Below are positions 25,353-36,700 of a stretch of 64,000 nucleotides of DNA, piece after piece. The notes under the pieces are model-generated. The model was not told the DNA's origin and searched no databases. It saw only the letters and a list, made by a program, of their open reading frames with translations. The position numbers and the translations under genes were made by a program. Position 1 is the first letter of the stretch. Each line of letters starts with the position of its first letter. The stretch is taken from IMG/VR virus record IMGVR_UViG_3300027902_000155, positions 25,553 to 89,552 of that record. The stretch is one strand, 5' to 3'. Origin of the DNA: a virus.

Positions 25353-26189
25353 ATGAGCAAAGTAACAAAGACTGAAGAACTCAGGGATACCAAGGAGCGC
25401 GTTCCGAAGAAGCGCCTCTACGGGTTCTATCCAAACATCGACGTCGAGGCGTTCCCTGGCGGACGACAGATCGTCGACAACAACGAAGACGGCGCCGAGA
25501 CACACCGCGAAGAGGGCAAGGGTAACTACCACGAAGTGAACGACTTCGACGGGCGAGTGACTAGCGTCGCTGTTGGACCGGTACACAACGCGACGGCGGC
25601 CGGAAAGACTACTACTGTCGGCGCTTCTGATGACAAGCAAGTCATAGACCACGGCAGGAGCGGTCACGGCGGCGGAGCAGTCAGAGAAGTACGCAACGGC
25701 GACCACAAGGCGCTGGCGGGCGGCGAGCACAAGATAGTCGAGAACGGCACCAACAAGTTCGTCACGGGCAATTCTGACAGCGGCGTCGTCAGTGCTTCTC
25801 CCGGCGGCGACCATATATTCTCTGCCGACGGAGACGTGCATGAACAGACCAGGGGTGACAGGGTCACGTACCGAGTAGGCAACCGAGTAGAGAGCACGAA
25901 GGGCGAGGTGTACGAGGACGTCCAGGGCGGCAACAAGTCGACCGTCGTGGAGGGTAAATACCGCTTAGACGTCACCAGCGATATCCAGATCGAGTCGAAG
26001 ACCTCGATCACCTTTAAGGTCGGAAGTTCTACTATGGTCATGCAAAACGGAAAGATCACGATCACAGCAGACGAGATAATCACGGATGGTCTTACTAAAC
26101 TCGGCGGCGCCGGCGCAAATCAGAAGGTTCTTACGACACCAGACACGCACGGAGACGATCGTCAGGCGACGAAGGTACTCGGTCTCTAA
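25353..26189 (+). CDS. gp5 C-terminal beta-helix spike protein
   Basis: YPNI....GG....DN..GAE...E motif followed by 8-residue V-x-G-x repeats and SITFKVGSSTMVM. Confidence 0.75.
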   Translation: MSKVTKTEELRDTKERVPKKRLYGFYPNIDVEAFPGGRQIVDNNEDGAETHREEGKGNYHEVNDFDGRVTSVAVGPVHNATAAGKTTTVGASDDKQVIDHGRSGHGGGAVREVRNGDHKALAGGEHKIVENGTNKFVTGNSDSGVVSASPGGDHIFSADGDVHEQTRGDRVTYRVGNRVESTKGEVYEDVQGGNKSTVVEGKYRLDVTSDIQIESKTSITFKVGSSTMVMQNGKITITADEIITDGLTKLGGAGANQKVLTTPDTHGDDRQATKVLGL

Positions 26190-26198
26190 GGAAAACAC

Positions 26199-26618
26199 AT
26201 GGCACGCGCAGACAAGATCACCCAACTCAACAAGAAGCAGGAGTACTTCTCTGACTTCCTGGACAGTTTTGCGAAGCATCCAGCATCTAACGACCTCGCG
26301 AGGACAACGAACGAGCAGTCCGTCATCCAGGCGATCAAGAACATCATCAACACCAACTTTGGCGAGCGCCCGTACCAGCCCAACGTGGGCGCCAACGTCC
26401 GCGCTGCCCTGTTCGAACCCAACGGCGCCTTCTTGTCAGAGCGAGTAGAACGAAGCATCCGAGACGCCGTCGACTACAGTGAACCTCGGGCGAGCATCCT
26501 GGAGCTGAGGGTGCGGGAGACCATCGACGGTCAGTCTATCGCGGTCGAGATGGTCATCGCGATCGGCAACAACCCGGAGCCAATCTCCCTCAACTTCATC
26601 ATCAAGCGGGTGCGCTAA
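26199..26618 (+). CDS. gp25: baseplate wedge subunit
   Basis: NEQSVIQAIKNIINTNFGERPYQPNVG...LFE...EPRA. Confidence 0.92.
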   Translation: MARADKITQLNKKQEYFSDFLDSFAKHPASNDLARTTNEQSVIQAIKNIINTNFGERPYQPNVGANVRAALFEPNGAFLSERVERSIRDAVDYSEPRASILELRVRETIDGQSIAVEMVIAIGNNPEPISLNFIIKRVR

Positions 26619-26623
26619 GAGGG

Positions 26624-26631
26624 CATAAATA
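26624..26631 (+). promoter_or_regulatory. T4-type late promoter
   Basis: CATAAATA 4 nt before gp6 ATG. Confidence 0.7.
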
Positions 26632-26635
26632 CCAC

Positions 26636-28414
26636 ATGACGACAGCAAACAACTCGATGGCGGTGGCATCCCTAGACTTCAGCGACTTCAAGGCCGCTTT
26701 GAAGACCTACATGCAGACAAAGAGCGCCTTCCGTGACTACAACTACGACGGGGCGAACATGAGCCAGCAGCTCGACGTCCTGTCTTTCAACACCTTCCAG
26801 AACGCCTTCTATCTGAACATGGTCAACTCGGAGATGCACCTCGACTCGGCGCAGATCCGAGACAGCGGCGTGTCCCGGGCAAAGATGCTCAACTACGTGC
26901 CGCGGTCCGTACGGTCCTCGGTCGCCCACCTCAGTCTGTCGGTACCCACCTCAGACATCTCGACCCTCACCATCCCGAAGGGAATCCAGTTTACCGGTAC
27001 TAACGCCAACGGCACCTACTCGTTCGTGACCAGGGACACTACAGTCTGGCCGAGTGCCTCCTCTACGTTCACGGTCGACGACCTCGCGGTGTACGAGGGC
27101 GCCTACCTTACTGAGTCCTATGTCGTCGACCTGCGCGACGAGACTCAGCGCTTCTTGATCTCCAACAGGGGCGTCGACACCGAGAGTCTGACGGTATCTG
27201 TCACCGTCGCCGGCTCTAACGCCGTATACTGGACTCCGGCGACCAACCTGTACGGACTCGGACCAGACTCAAACATCTACTTCTTACAGGGAGCAGAGAC
27301 AGACAGCTATGAGGTCGTGTTCGGCGACGGCGTCCTCGGCGCGGCACCGGTCGACGGCGCGCTCGTCACCATCAGCTACATCGCATCTTCCGGTGCAGAT
27401 GCTAACGGGATCGACACGTTCACGATGGACTCAGACCTAGGCACGATCAACGGCGGACTGATCCTGTCGCCGTTCGTGGTCGCGACGACTACTGCGTCGT
27501 TCGGCGGAGCAGCGATGGAGAGCCTGGCTAGTATCCAGCGGTACGCTCCTAGACACTTTCAGACTCAAGAGAGCGCGATCACGACGAGTGACTATGCCGA
27601 CATCGTTCGCGAGAAGTTCGTCGATGTCTATGACGCCAGCGTCTACGGCGGCGAGACCGTTACTGGTTCTGTCGAGTACGGACGGATATTCGTCGCGGTG
27701 GTCGGACTGAACGGGGCCGCGATAACGCAGGCACGACAGAAGGAGATAAAGGATACCCTTGAGGGAATGGCCGCGCCCGGCATGACGGTGGTCCTAGTAG
27801 ATCCCGTCGACCTCTACGTAGAACCTACAGTAGTCGTCCATGCCGATCGCGAGATCTTATCTATGTCTACGAGTCAACTCACGGCAGTAGTCACGGCAAC
27901 GATCAGCGCCTTCAATGCCGAGTACCTGGGTAGATTCAAGACCGCGTTTCGCTTTTCTAAGTTTACTGGCGCGATCGACGATTCAGATGCAGCCGTTATC
28001 AGTTGTGAAGTCACGACCACGATCAAGAAGATCGTATCTCCAGAACTCTACCTCAAGCAGCCGATCAGGCTGTCGCTGAATAATCCGATCAGCTCCGGCG
28101 TTCGCAGCAGCGAGTTCGTGTCTCTCGGCAAGCGCTACGTCTTTACCGACACGATCACCGACAAGAACGTAACCGGAACTATCTACATGCTGGAGGTCAA
28201 TCCGGCGTACACGTCCCCGGTATACACCTCGATCGGCACGGTCGACTACTCTACGGGCGAGATAAGCATCGGTTCTGTGGTCGTCTCCGGCTACGGCGGA
28301 ATCGAGGGCATAGCATTCAGAGCGACGCCCAGCGGGCAGGACATCTACGCCAACAGGAACGACGTCATCCAGATAGACATGGGCGCGACGCTGATTACAG
28401 CAACGACGAGCTAA
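26636..28414 (+). CDS. gp6: baseplate wedge subunit
   Basis: LDFSDFKAALK.Y, DYNYDGANMS..LDVL, LDSAQIR, YEVVFGDGVLG, APRHFQTQ..AIT..DY. Confidence 0.93.
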   Translation: MTTANNSMAVASLDFSDFKAALKTYMQTKSAFRDYNYDGANMSQQLDVLSFNTFQNAFYLNMVNSEMHLDSAQIRDSGVSRAKMLNYVPRSVRSSVAHLSLSVPTSDISTLTIPKGIQFTGTNANGTYSFVTRDTTVWPSASSTFTVDDLAVYEGAYLTESYVVDLRDETQRFLISNRGVDTESLTVSVTVAGSNAVYWTPATNLYGLGPDSNIYFLQGAETDSYEVVFGDGVLGAAPVDGALVTISYIASSGADANGIDTFTMDSDLGTINGGLILSPFVVATTTASFGGAAMESLASIQRYAPRHFQTQESAITTSDYADIVREKFVDVYDASVYGGETVTGSVEYGRIFVAVVGLNGAAITQARQKEIKDTLEGMAAPGMTVVLVDPVDLYVEPTVVVHADREILSMSTSQLTAVVTATISAFNAEYLGRFKTAFRFSKFTGAIDDSDAAVISCEVTTTIKKIVSPELYLKQPIRLSLNNPISSGVRSSEFVSLGKRYVFTDTITDKNVTGTIYMLEVNPAYTSPVYTSIGTVDYSTGEISIGSVVVSGYGGIEGIAFRATPSGQDIYANRNDVIQIDMGATLITATTS

Positions 28415-28417
28415 CGA

Positions 28418-30676
28418 ATGACTGTTGAAAAACTCGTCTCCCCGTTCATTCCTCAGCAGTTTCCCGAGTTCTATCACGAAGAGGGTCCGAACTTCATCGC
28501 CTTCGTCAAGGCGTACTACGAGTGGCTGGAGCTCGAGGAGAACGCGCTCGGCGCATCGCGCAGACTCCTAGAGTACGCCGACGTCGACGAGACCCTCGAC
28601 AGGTTCCTGACGCACTTCAAGAACGAATACATGATCGGGTTCCCGGACGAGACCGCGGCAGACAAGCGACTGCTGTTGAAGCACGTCCTCGACCTCTATC
28701 GAGTCAAGGGCACCAAGCGCGGCGTCGAGCTCTTGTTCCGCATCCTCTTCAACGAGGACGTCGAGGTCTTCGAGCCGTGGCGCTACGTCTTCAGTCCGTC
28801 GGCGGCCGAGTGGTACGTACCCAAGTACCTGGAGGTATCTGGCAGCCCGTACCTCTGGCAGCTCGAGGGTAAGAAGATCAGTAGCTCTAGAGCCGGCACT
28901 ACCGCAGTAGTCGAGCAGGTCTATCGTCGGATCGTCGCGGGTCAGAACGTCTACGTCCTGGTGCTGTCGCACCTAGTCGGCAGGTTTCATCGATCCGAGT
29001 ACGTGCTGTGCGACGACATCCCAGAGATGACTGTCGACTCCGCCCCGTCTGTGCTCGGATCGCTCTCTACCGTCAGCATCCTGTCGGGGGGCGCCGGCTA
29101 CTCGGTAGGCGACATCCTCGAAGTAGAGGGCACCGGATACGGAGGATTTGTCAAGGTACTCACGACTAAGAGACAGGGAGGCGAACTGTCGTTCGAGCTG
29201 CTAGACGGCGGTTCTGGCTATACCATGAATGCGGTCGTGACTGTAGTCGGAGACGGTGCCGGGGGCGATTTTCACGTCGGCGGCATCAAGGACCGCGAGA
29301 TAGTCTTGATCAACTCTGACCTGCTGTCTGACTACTTGAACAAGCAACTAGACCAGGACTCGGCTGGCTACTTCGTCCACGTGACCAGCATCTCTGGAGC
29401 ATTTACCGTCGGAGAGCACGTCTGGAGTAGTGCCGTCGTCCTACCACTCGACGTGACGCCGATATCTGGCTCGCTGCAGCTCGGAGAGGACGTTACGGGC
29501 TCCGGCGTTGCTGGCGTCATCGCAGTTACTGACGAGTCTCTAGTGAGTCTCGTCAGCAACACCGGTACGTTCACCGAGGGACTCGTCCTCACGGGCAGCA
29601 CCTCCGGCGCTAACGTCTCGATAAACTACGTGTTCCCGACCGAGACCGTAGAGGCAAACGGCTATCTGAACGCGGTCAACAGTACGGTCCTAACGGTGAC
29701 CAACGTCTCTTCATTCTCTAGCACGTTCCGGTTCATCTCCAACGTTAACGTCACGACTCCCGGCAGCGGTTACTCTAACTCAGACTACGTCACGTTCAGC
29801 GGTTCCGGTTCTGGAGGATACGCCCTAGTAACGACGAGTAACACCGGCGCGATAGTTCAGGTCGACCTCAGAGACTCGGGTACCGGCTGGACCTCTGCGC
29901 CGTCTTGGCCTGGAGGATTCACCATTCACACCTCCGGCGGGAGCAGCGCGGCCCTCACTGCTAACGCTGCTCTCGCGGGCGGATACTTCATTCACGGCTC
30001 GACCGTCACTGGATTGAGCAGTTCTAAGACTGCGGTAGTCAACACCGTGTCTCGCCAGACAAACTGGTCGTTCCCTGTCGACGGCAGTACCAACCTCGAC
30101 TCGCGGATCGATATGACCCTTACCTCGTACGGTCTAGAGGTCGGTACCATTAGTCGCCTAGACCACATCAATCCTGGTGGAAACTATACTACTGACCCGA
30201 CGGTGACTGTAGTCGAGGAAGACATCGCGAGCATCGGCATTCCCGACGGCAGGGGCGGGTACAAGGGAGACAACGCAGTCGTAGTCACGAGGGGCGGATA
30301 CGCTAACGGGGTAGTTACTGCAGTTTCTATCGTCGACTCCGGGCTGGGGTACCAACCAGGCGAGTCACTGACCCTGTACGGTGCTGATAATCCGACAGTG
30401 ATCTACGGACGAGCCGTGATCAGTCTGAGCGGCGTCGGTACCGGTTACTGGAAGAACAACCGCAGTTTCCTCAACAGCAACCAGCGAATCCAGGACAGCT
30501 ACTACTATCAGCGCTTCTCTTATGAAGTAGTAGCGCCTCGGATGCTCAAGACCTACCAGGAGTTCATGAGACAGCTGGTACATCCGACGGGGTTCGCGCT
30601 GTTCGGCAGGTACAGCGTTACAGACGTCAAAGAAAATCAGGTCTCGCTCATAGAGAGCTCGGTGGCGCAGTCCTAG
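28418..30676 (+). CDS. gp7: baseplate wedge initiator
   Basis: QQFPEFY..EGPNFIAFVKAYYEWLE, LYRVKGT, IQDSYYYQRFSY, HPTGFALFG. Confidence 0.8.
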   Translation: MTVEKLVSPFIPQQFPEFYHEEGPNFIAFVKAYYEWLELEENALGASRRLLEYADVDETLDRFLTHFKNEYMIGFPDETAADKRLLLKHVLDLYRVKGTKRGVELLFRILFNEDVEVFEPWRYVFSPSAAEWYVPKYLEVSGSPYLWQLEGKKISSSRAGTTAVVEQVYRRIVAGQNVYVLVLSHLVGRFHRSEYVLCDDIPEMTVDSAPSVLGSLSTVSILSGGAGYSVGDILEVEGTGYGGFVKVLTTKRQGGELSFELLDGGSGYTMNAVVTVVGDGAGGDFHVGGIKDREIVLINSDLLSDYLNKQLDQDSAGYFVHVTSISGAFTVGEHVWSSAVVLPLDVTPISGSLQLGEDVTGSGVAGVIAVTDESLVSLVSNTGTFTEGLVLTGSTSGANVSINYVFPTETVEANGYLNAVNSTVLTVTNVSSFSSTFRFISNVNVTTPGSGYSNSDYVTFSGSGSGGYALVTTSNTGAIVQVDLRDSGTGWTSAPSWPGGFTIHTSGGSSAALTANAALAGGYFIHGSTVTGLSSSKTAVVNTVSRQTNWSFPVDGSTNLDSRIDMTLTSYGLEVGTISRLDHINPGGNYTTDPTVTVVEEDIASIGIPDGRGGYKGDNAVVVTRGGYANGVVTAVSIVDSGLGYQPGESLTLYGADNPTVIYGRAVISLSGVGTGYWKNNRSFLNSNQRIQDSYYYQRFSYEVVAPRMLKTYQEFMRQLVHPTGFALFGRYSVTDVKENQVSLIESSVAQS

Positions 30677-30684
30677 GTTTGACT

Positions 30685-30692
30685 GATAAATA
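30685..30692 (+). promoter_or_regulatory. T4-type late promoter
   Basis: GATAAATA in the intergenic region before gp8. Confidence 0.65.
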
Positions 30693-30713
30693 ATAGCACA
30701 GGAACAAGCATGT

Positions 30714-33700
30714 ATGGCCGTCCTTACTACCGAGAACTCAGTCGACCTAGCCGCACAATTCATCGCGTCGATAAATGCTCCCGAGAACGTGGTCTATGCG
30801 TTCGTGGGGCGTCCGGTGCCGTGGACAGATGACGACGCCCCTCCCGCTGCCAACAACTCGGTAGACGGCAAGGACCTGTCGATCTATGACAATCTAGCCT
30901 ACGGCAAGCACCTCGATCCCGCAAACACCATCCTGATGGCGCCGCGAGTGACCTGGGTGACCGGTACGGTCTACGACCACTACGACCAGACCGACGCGGA
31001 TCTGATGTCTAAGAGGTTCTACGTAGTCACCAGCGAGAACCACGTCTTTAAGTGCATCTACAACGGCAGCGGCGCCGAGTCTACCGTGATGCCAAACTTG
31101 GTCGGAGCATCTGGTACGTTCATGACTGGAGACGGGTACGCGTGGAAGTACATGTATACCATCGACTCTAGCACCAACACGACCTTTTACTCCACGAGTT
31201 ATATACCGATAGTCGCAAACACGACAGTCGAGGCTGCTGCGACCCCGGGCGCGATAGACTTCATCGAGGTCACCTCGAGAGGCGCTGACTATCGACAGTA
31301 CTCTACAGGGTACCTAGCAAGCGCAGTCAACAGCACCGTAGTCCAACTGACCTCGAGCGCCTCGGCCGTCGACGACTACTACAACGACTGCTCGATCTAT
31401 CTCCACAGTAACCCCGGGGGCAGTCAGATCAGGGTAGTCGCAGACTACGACGGATCGACGCGTCTTGCTACACTCGCGCCCAAGCTAGACTTTCACGTCA
31501 ACGTAGAACTCAACGACATCGCCGGCTCGTTCGTCGAGGGAGACGTCGTATCTCAGCAACTGGACAGGATCACGACGTACGTCCAGGCGGGTTACCTCAA
31601 TCCCGGCGACCACGTCGAACAGTCCGAGACCGGCGTCAGTGGCGTCGTCCAGACCGTGAACTCCACGAGCGTCACCGTCAGCAGGACAGCGAGTACCGCG
31701 TTCAGTGACGCCCTACCGTTCTATGACACTGCACAGGCGGGTACCCTCAAGACAGGCAGCGCGAACACCGCAGCGGGACAGACCAACGTAACCGGCGTCG
31801 GCACCGCGTTCACCTCTGAGTACTCGGCAAACGGGTTCATCCGAGTCGGTACCTCTGCAAACTCTCAGATCCGACGGATACAGGCCGTAGTCAACGACAC
31901 GAAGATCACGGCGTCTGTGCCGTTCACAAAGACGCTGCTCAGCAACGTCCACTACTCCGTACCGATAGCGGCAGACCCACTCGAGGTAGAGACGCTGTTC
32001 TCTAACGGCGTCATCACCTACACCAACATCACCGGCGTGCTGCTCTCCTACGGCTCTGTGTCACTCGAGGGCGTCTCGTTCATCCCGGGCGAGGTAGTGA
32101 GAGAGGTAGACTCGTCGGACGACGACTTGGGAGTCGGGGCAGTCATCGACTATGCTAACAATTCTCACCTGATACTGTCAAGCACCACGGGTAGTTCGTT
32201 TACTGTCGCACAGTACGTCTTCGGTAAGTCATCCAATCAGAAGGCGCAGATCAGTTCGGTCGATAGTTACCCTGCGATCACGGTCGCCTCTGACTACGGC
32301 AACTTTAGGGCAGGCTGTCCGCTCGTCGGAAACAGCGGCAGTGCTAACGTCATCTCGTCTGCGTCTTTCCCTGGACTGATGACGGAGTACGTCGTGTCGC
32401 CGCGAGTCGTCGTCGACGGCGACGGAGTCGGCGCCACTGCATACGCGATCGTCAATACTACCCCGGGCGTCCTTAACTCGGTATCCAGCGTCGTGATGCT
32501 AGATACCGGCGACGGATATACTCGCGCGAACGTCTACGTAGTCGCGAACTCCTCGCTAAAGAGCGCGACGAGCGCAAACGTGGTCCTTCGAGCGCTCATC
32601 GGACCGACCACGGGCCACGGCTCTAACGCCGCCCTCGAGTTGGGAGCTCGATACGTCGGGACGAGCGTCACGTTCGATACCATGACTAACGAGTCGTACG
32701 TGTTCCCCGGATACGGCAGCTATCGCCAGTTCGGGCTGCTGAAGAATCCCCGATGGGGAGAGGCCGTGATCGAGGTCGGCGACCCAGAGCGGGCCAAACT
32801 GACGATCAGGAACCGATCTGCCGCGTTCACCCCCGGAGAGGTCGTCGTCCAGCCCTCGAGCAACTGCGGCGGCGTGGTCGTCTACTCTAACTCCTCGTTC
32901 CTCGAGATCTCGAATCCGTCAGGAACCTTCAAGTACAACCAGACCGGCGACGGCGTCGTCGGGGGCAAGTCCGGTTCTACCGCCAACGTCGTCACCGCTA
33001 ACCTGACCTACTTCCGCGTGCTCTCAGACACCGAGTCGCTGATCGAGAACGACACGGGCGCGACGGCTACTATAGACGCTATGATCGACGACCAGAAACT
33101 GAGGATAACCGACATCTCCGGCAAGTTTGCTAACGCCGAGGTCGTATATGATCCGGTGACTAACGCCTACGCTACCGTCGCCAGCATCAAGGTCGCCAAC
33201 GGCTCCCTCGACGTGACGACTAACTTCGGAGCCCGGTTCAATCAGCTAGAGAGGGTGCCGCTCACGTCTAATACGGGTCCGTTCGTCCTTCGCGAGCGGG
33301 TCGTCCAGGATACTACCGGAGCGTCTGGGACGATAGTCAATATCGCGAACAACGTCGATCTGGCGATCTCGTCTGCCACCGGCACCTACTACGTCGGCAA
33401 CCAACTGACCGGCAACAACAGCGGCGCTACCGGAGTCGTGATCGGGGTAAAGAGCGGGTATCTCGTGGTGAGTGCCGTCGACGGCGCCTTCACGACCTCT
33501 GACTACGTGATAAATAACGCTGATGTAACGGCCCAGGTAGACACGGTATACCCGGTCTTGACACTGGCAGACGCGAGGGACTCGATTGCCGACGGTACTT
33601 CCTACAACCTCGTCGGCGAAGCGTCTGGCAGCATCGGACGCAGTGCACTCGCTAATACTGTGGTCTGTCCGAGCCTGGTGCGCGGCACGGGTGAGGTGCT

Positions 33701-33776
33701 GTATATCGACAACCGCGTCCCGTTCGATAGATCGACGACGTCTCGTGAGACTCTAAAGTTAGTCTGTAAATTCTAG
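30714..33776 (+). CDS. gp8: baseplate wedge subunit, extended
   Basis: YAFVGRPVPW, W..GTVYDHYD, VFKCIYN, DGYAWKYMYTI, YRQFGLLKNP, GEVLYIDNR. Confidence 0.85.
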   Translation: MAVLTTENSVDLAAQFIASINAPENVVYAFVGRPVPWTDDDAPPAANNSVDGKDLSIYDNLAYGKHLDPANTILMAPRVTWVTGTVYDHYDQTDADLMSKRFYVVTSENHVFKCIYNGSGAESTVMPNLVGASGTFMTGDGYAWKYMYTIDSSTNTTFYSTSYIPIVANTTVEAAATPGAIDFIEVTSRGADYRQYSTGYLASAVNSTVVQLTSSASAVDDYYNDCSIYLHSNPGGSQIRVVADYDGSTRLATLAPKLDFHVNVELNDIAGSFVEGDVVSQQLDRITTYVQAGYLNPGDHVEQSETGVSGVVQTVNSTSVTVSRTASTAFSDALPFYDTAQAGTLKTGSANTAAGQTNVTGVGTAFTSEYSANGFIRVGTSANSQIRRIQAVVNDTKITASVPFTKTLLSNVHYSVPIAADPLEVETLFSNGVITYTNITGVLLSYGSVSLEGVSFIPGEVVREVDSSDDDLGVGAVIDYANNSHLILSSTTGSSFTVAQYVFGKSSNQKAQISSVDSYPAITVASDYGNFRAGCPLVGNSGSANVISSASFPGLMTEYVVSPRVVVDGDGVGATAYAIVNTTPGVLNSVSSVVMLDTGDGYTRANVYVVANSSLKSATSANVVLRALIGPTTGHGSNAALELGARYVGTSVTFDTMTNESYVFPGYGSYRQFGLLKNPRWGEAVIEVGDPERAKLTIRNRSAAFTPGEVVVQPSSNCGGVVVYSNSSFLEISNPSGTFKYNQTGDGVVGGKSGSTANVVTANLTYFRVLSDTESLIENDTGATATIDAMIDDQKLRITDISGKFANAEVVYDPVTNAYATVASIKVANGSLDVTTNFGARFNQLERVPLTSNTGPFVLRERVVQDTTGASGTIVNIANNVDLAISSATGTYYVGNQLTGNNSGATGVVIGVKSGYLVVSAVDGAFTTSDYVINNADVTAQVDTVYPVLTLADARDSIADGTSYNLVGEASGSIGRSALANTVVCPSLVRGTGEVLYIDNRVPFDRSTTSRETLKLVCKF

Positions 33777-33792
33777 GAAAGAAGAATAACGA

Positions 33793-36700
33793 ATGTCTCT
33801 TGATATCGACCTGAGCAGAAGTCCGTACGGGGACGACTTCGCGGCGAACAATAATTTCTATCGCGTGCTGTTCCGACCGGAGATTCCAGTCCAGGCGAGA
33901 GAACTCACCCAAGGACAGACTATCCTCCAGGACCAGATCGAGAAGTTCGGTCGGTACACCTTCAAGGAGGGCTCGCCCGTAACTGACTTGACCAAGACCT
34001 ACGAGCCGACGGTCCACTACGTCAAGATCACGGACAGCCTGACCCTGGCCAACGGCAGCGTGGTCGCGGTGACCACGAGCGACTTCGTGGGCAAGACCGT
34101 CGAGGCCAGCAACGGACTGAAGGCGATCGTTGCCGGCGCGGCAGCAGGATTTCTAGCGACCTCGCCCGATCTCAATACTATCTACATCGACTACCTTGGC
34201 TCGGCGAGTGACTATACGACAAACAAGTTTGACCCTGACCAGACACTGACGGTGAAGACCGAGCTCGGCGCGACGATCGGCACGATCAAGACCGCAAACA
34301 ACGCAGTATCTGGCAGCAGTTCCTACCTGGGCGTCGGCTATAAGATGTCAATAGCCGGCAAGGACGCGGTAGTCTTCTCCAAGGGATTCTTCATCAGTGT
34401 GGCCAACCAGAGCGTCATGGTCACGAAGTACGACAACTATCCAGACGGCGTATCGGTGGGCTTCGAGACGACAGAAGAAATTGTGACTCCCGAGGAGGAC
34501 TCGTCCCTGCTCGATAACGCGGCGGGTTACCCTAACTACGCAGCGCCGGGCGCGCACCGACTGAGACTGATTCCGAATCTCGTGGTTCGTAACACCAACG
34601 AAACTAGCAACACTACCCCGTTCTTGTCCCTCACCGACTTCGTCGAGGGCCACCCGTCGATCAGTCCGACCGATCCGGTCCTGAACCTCCTCGGAGACGC
34701 GCAGGCACAGACCCTGTACAACACGGAGGGCGACTTCGTCGTCAGTCCGTGGAACGTGCGACTGATCACCCGGTACACGGACTTCCCGACCAACTCGACG
34801 ATCGATACCGCGAACCTCCGCCTCGAGATCGACCCCGGCCTGGGCTACGTCAAGGGATACAAGGTCCAGACGGTCGGCCAGCTGCCGGGTCACATCGGCG
34901 GCGCCGACGCCGTTCGCAAGGGCAACGACGTCAGGACGCTCGCTGCTCAGGTAGCTACCGCGACGATGGGCAGCTACCTGTACTGCAACCAGGTAGCCGG
35001 TCACTGGGACTTCACTAGCTCGGCAAACGTCTCCCTCAGAAGTGCGACGGCGACTGCTATCTCGTCTGCGTCTGCGATCGGCAACGATGTCTCTGGCCTG
35101 AGCGCGCCCGGCAGCGAGCTCGGCACCGCCGAGCTGATCGGCTTCGAGTACGACTCCGGAACTCCGGGCGACACCGCAGCTGAGTACCGCATCTACCTCT
35201 TCAACGTCCAGATGGCGACTGGCAAGAACTTTGCAGACGTCAGGTCCCTCTATACAATCTCCGGAGGCGTCAAGGGCTTCGCAGACGTCGCTCTCACGAG
35301 CGGCAGCTGCGTCCTACAGGATCAGAAGCTGTCGACCCTGATCTATCCGATGGCTACTGGGGCGATGAAGACCCTGCTCACCGAAACGCCCCCGACCACC
35401 ATGCTCGACTACCGTAAGGCATCGACCCTGACGGTCGCTACCAACGGCATCGGCACCCTCTCGTTCACGACCGCCGGACCAGGCGGCAGCGCGTCTGACG
35501 AGTTCCCGTACGGACTCGGTCAGCTCAGCACCGTCAACGAGCGCGAGTTCGTCATCGTGTCTGACAACACCAGGCAGACCGCTAACCTCGTAGCTAGGGT
35601 CGATGCCACCGTCGCGGAGTACAACCTAGCGTTCCACGCCGGCCAGTCAAACAACTTCAGCAGCCTGTTCATCCCGGGCGACCGTGTCTCTGTAGGCAAC
35701 AGCGCGCCCGGCGAGACCAGACTCGTCGTCTATGCCAACTCGTCGTTCCTCAACGTGTCGTCTGCGTGGAGCAGCAGCTACTCAAACGCCGCCATCTACA
35801 AGACGTACACCGCCGGCCAGTCGATACCAACCTCGCTAGACTCGACGCAGACGATCACTATCGACAGCACGACGAGTGCGACGATCAACCTCGCGCATAC
35901 GTTTACTGCTACGGTACCGATCACCGTGTACCACGACGTCCGACGGACGCAGGCAAAACCGGCCAAGAAGCTGCTGTACACCAGCGTCTTCGTCAAGATC
36001 GACTGCAGCAGCAACGCCGGCGGCGTAGCCGGACCGTGGTGCCTCGGCGTGCCCGACCTCTACAGGGTCAAGCACGTCTACGTCGGCGCGTCCTATGCCG
36101 ACACCAACCAAGACCTGATCGACCAGTTCACATGGGATACTGGCCAGCGCGACGCGTTCTACGGACTGTCGTCGCTCGTCTCGGCAGGGTTCGTCGGCAC
36201 CACGAGCACCAAGATACTCGTCGAGGCAGAGTGCTTCGTGCCAGACGTATCTCAGGGCATCGGTTTCTACACGGTCGACTCGTATCCGATCGACGACACC
36301 GGCGTGACCGCGAACACCATCCTGACGCAGAACATCCCGTTCTACACCTCGATCCAGGAGGCGACTAACTACAACCTCCGAAACTGCATCGACCTGCGAC
36401 TACACACCGCTAATACCGCTGCGCTGATCAACGTCATCTCATCCGCGACCATCAATCCCGCCAACACGACGACGTTCGCGGGCGTGCCGAGCAACCTGTT
36501 CGTGCCGGCGCCCGACTCCTCGTTCGAGTCTGACATCGAGTACTACCTCGGTAGACGAGACATCGTCGGACTTACTCCGAAGGGTACGGTCATCCACATC
36601 GAGGGTACTCCGTCTGAGAACCCGGCGCCTCCCGTCGACATCTCGGCGGGCATCACCCTAGCAACTGTGAACGTCCCTCCGTACCCGACCCTCGGAGTCG

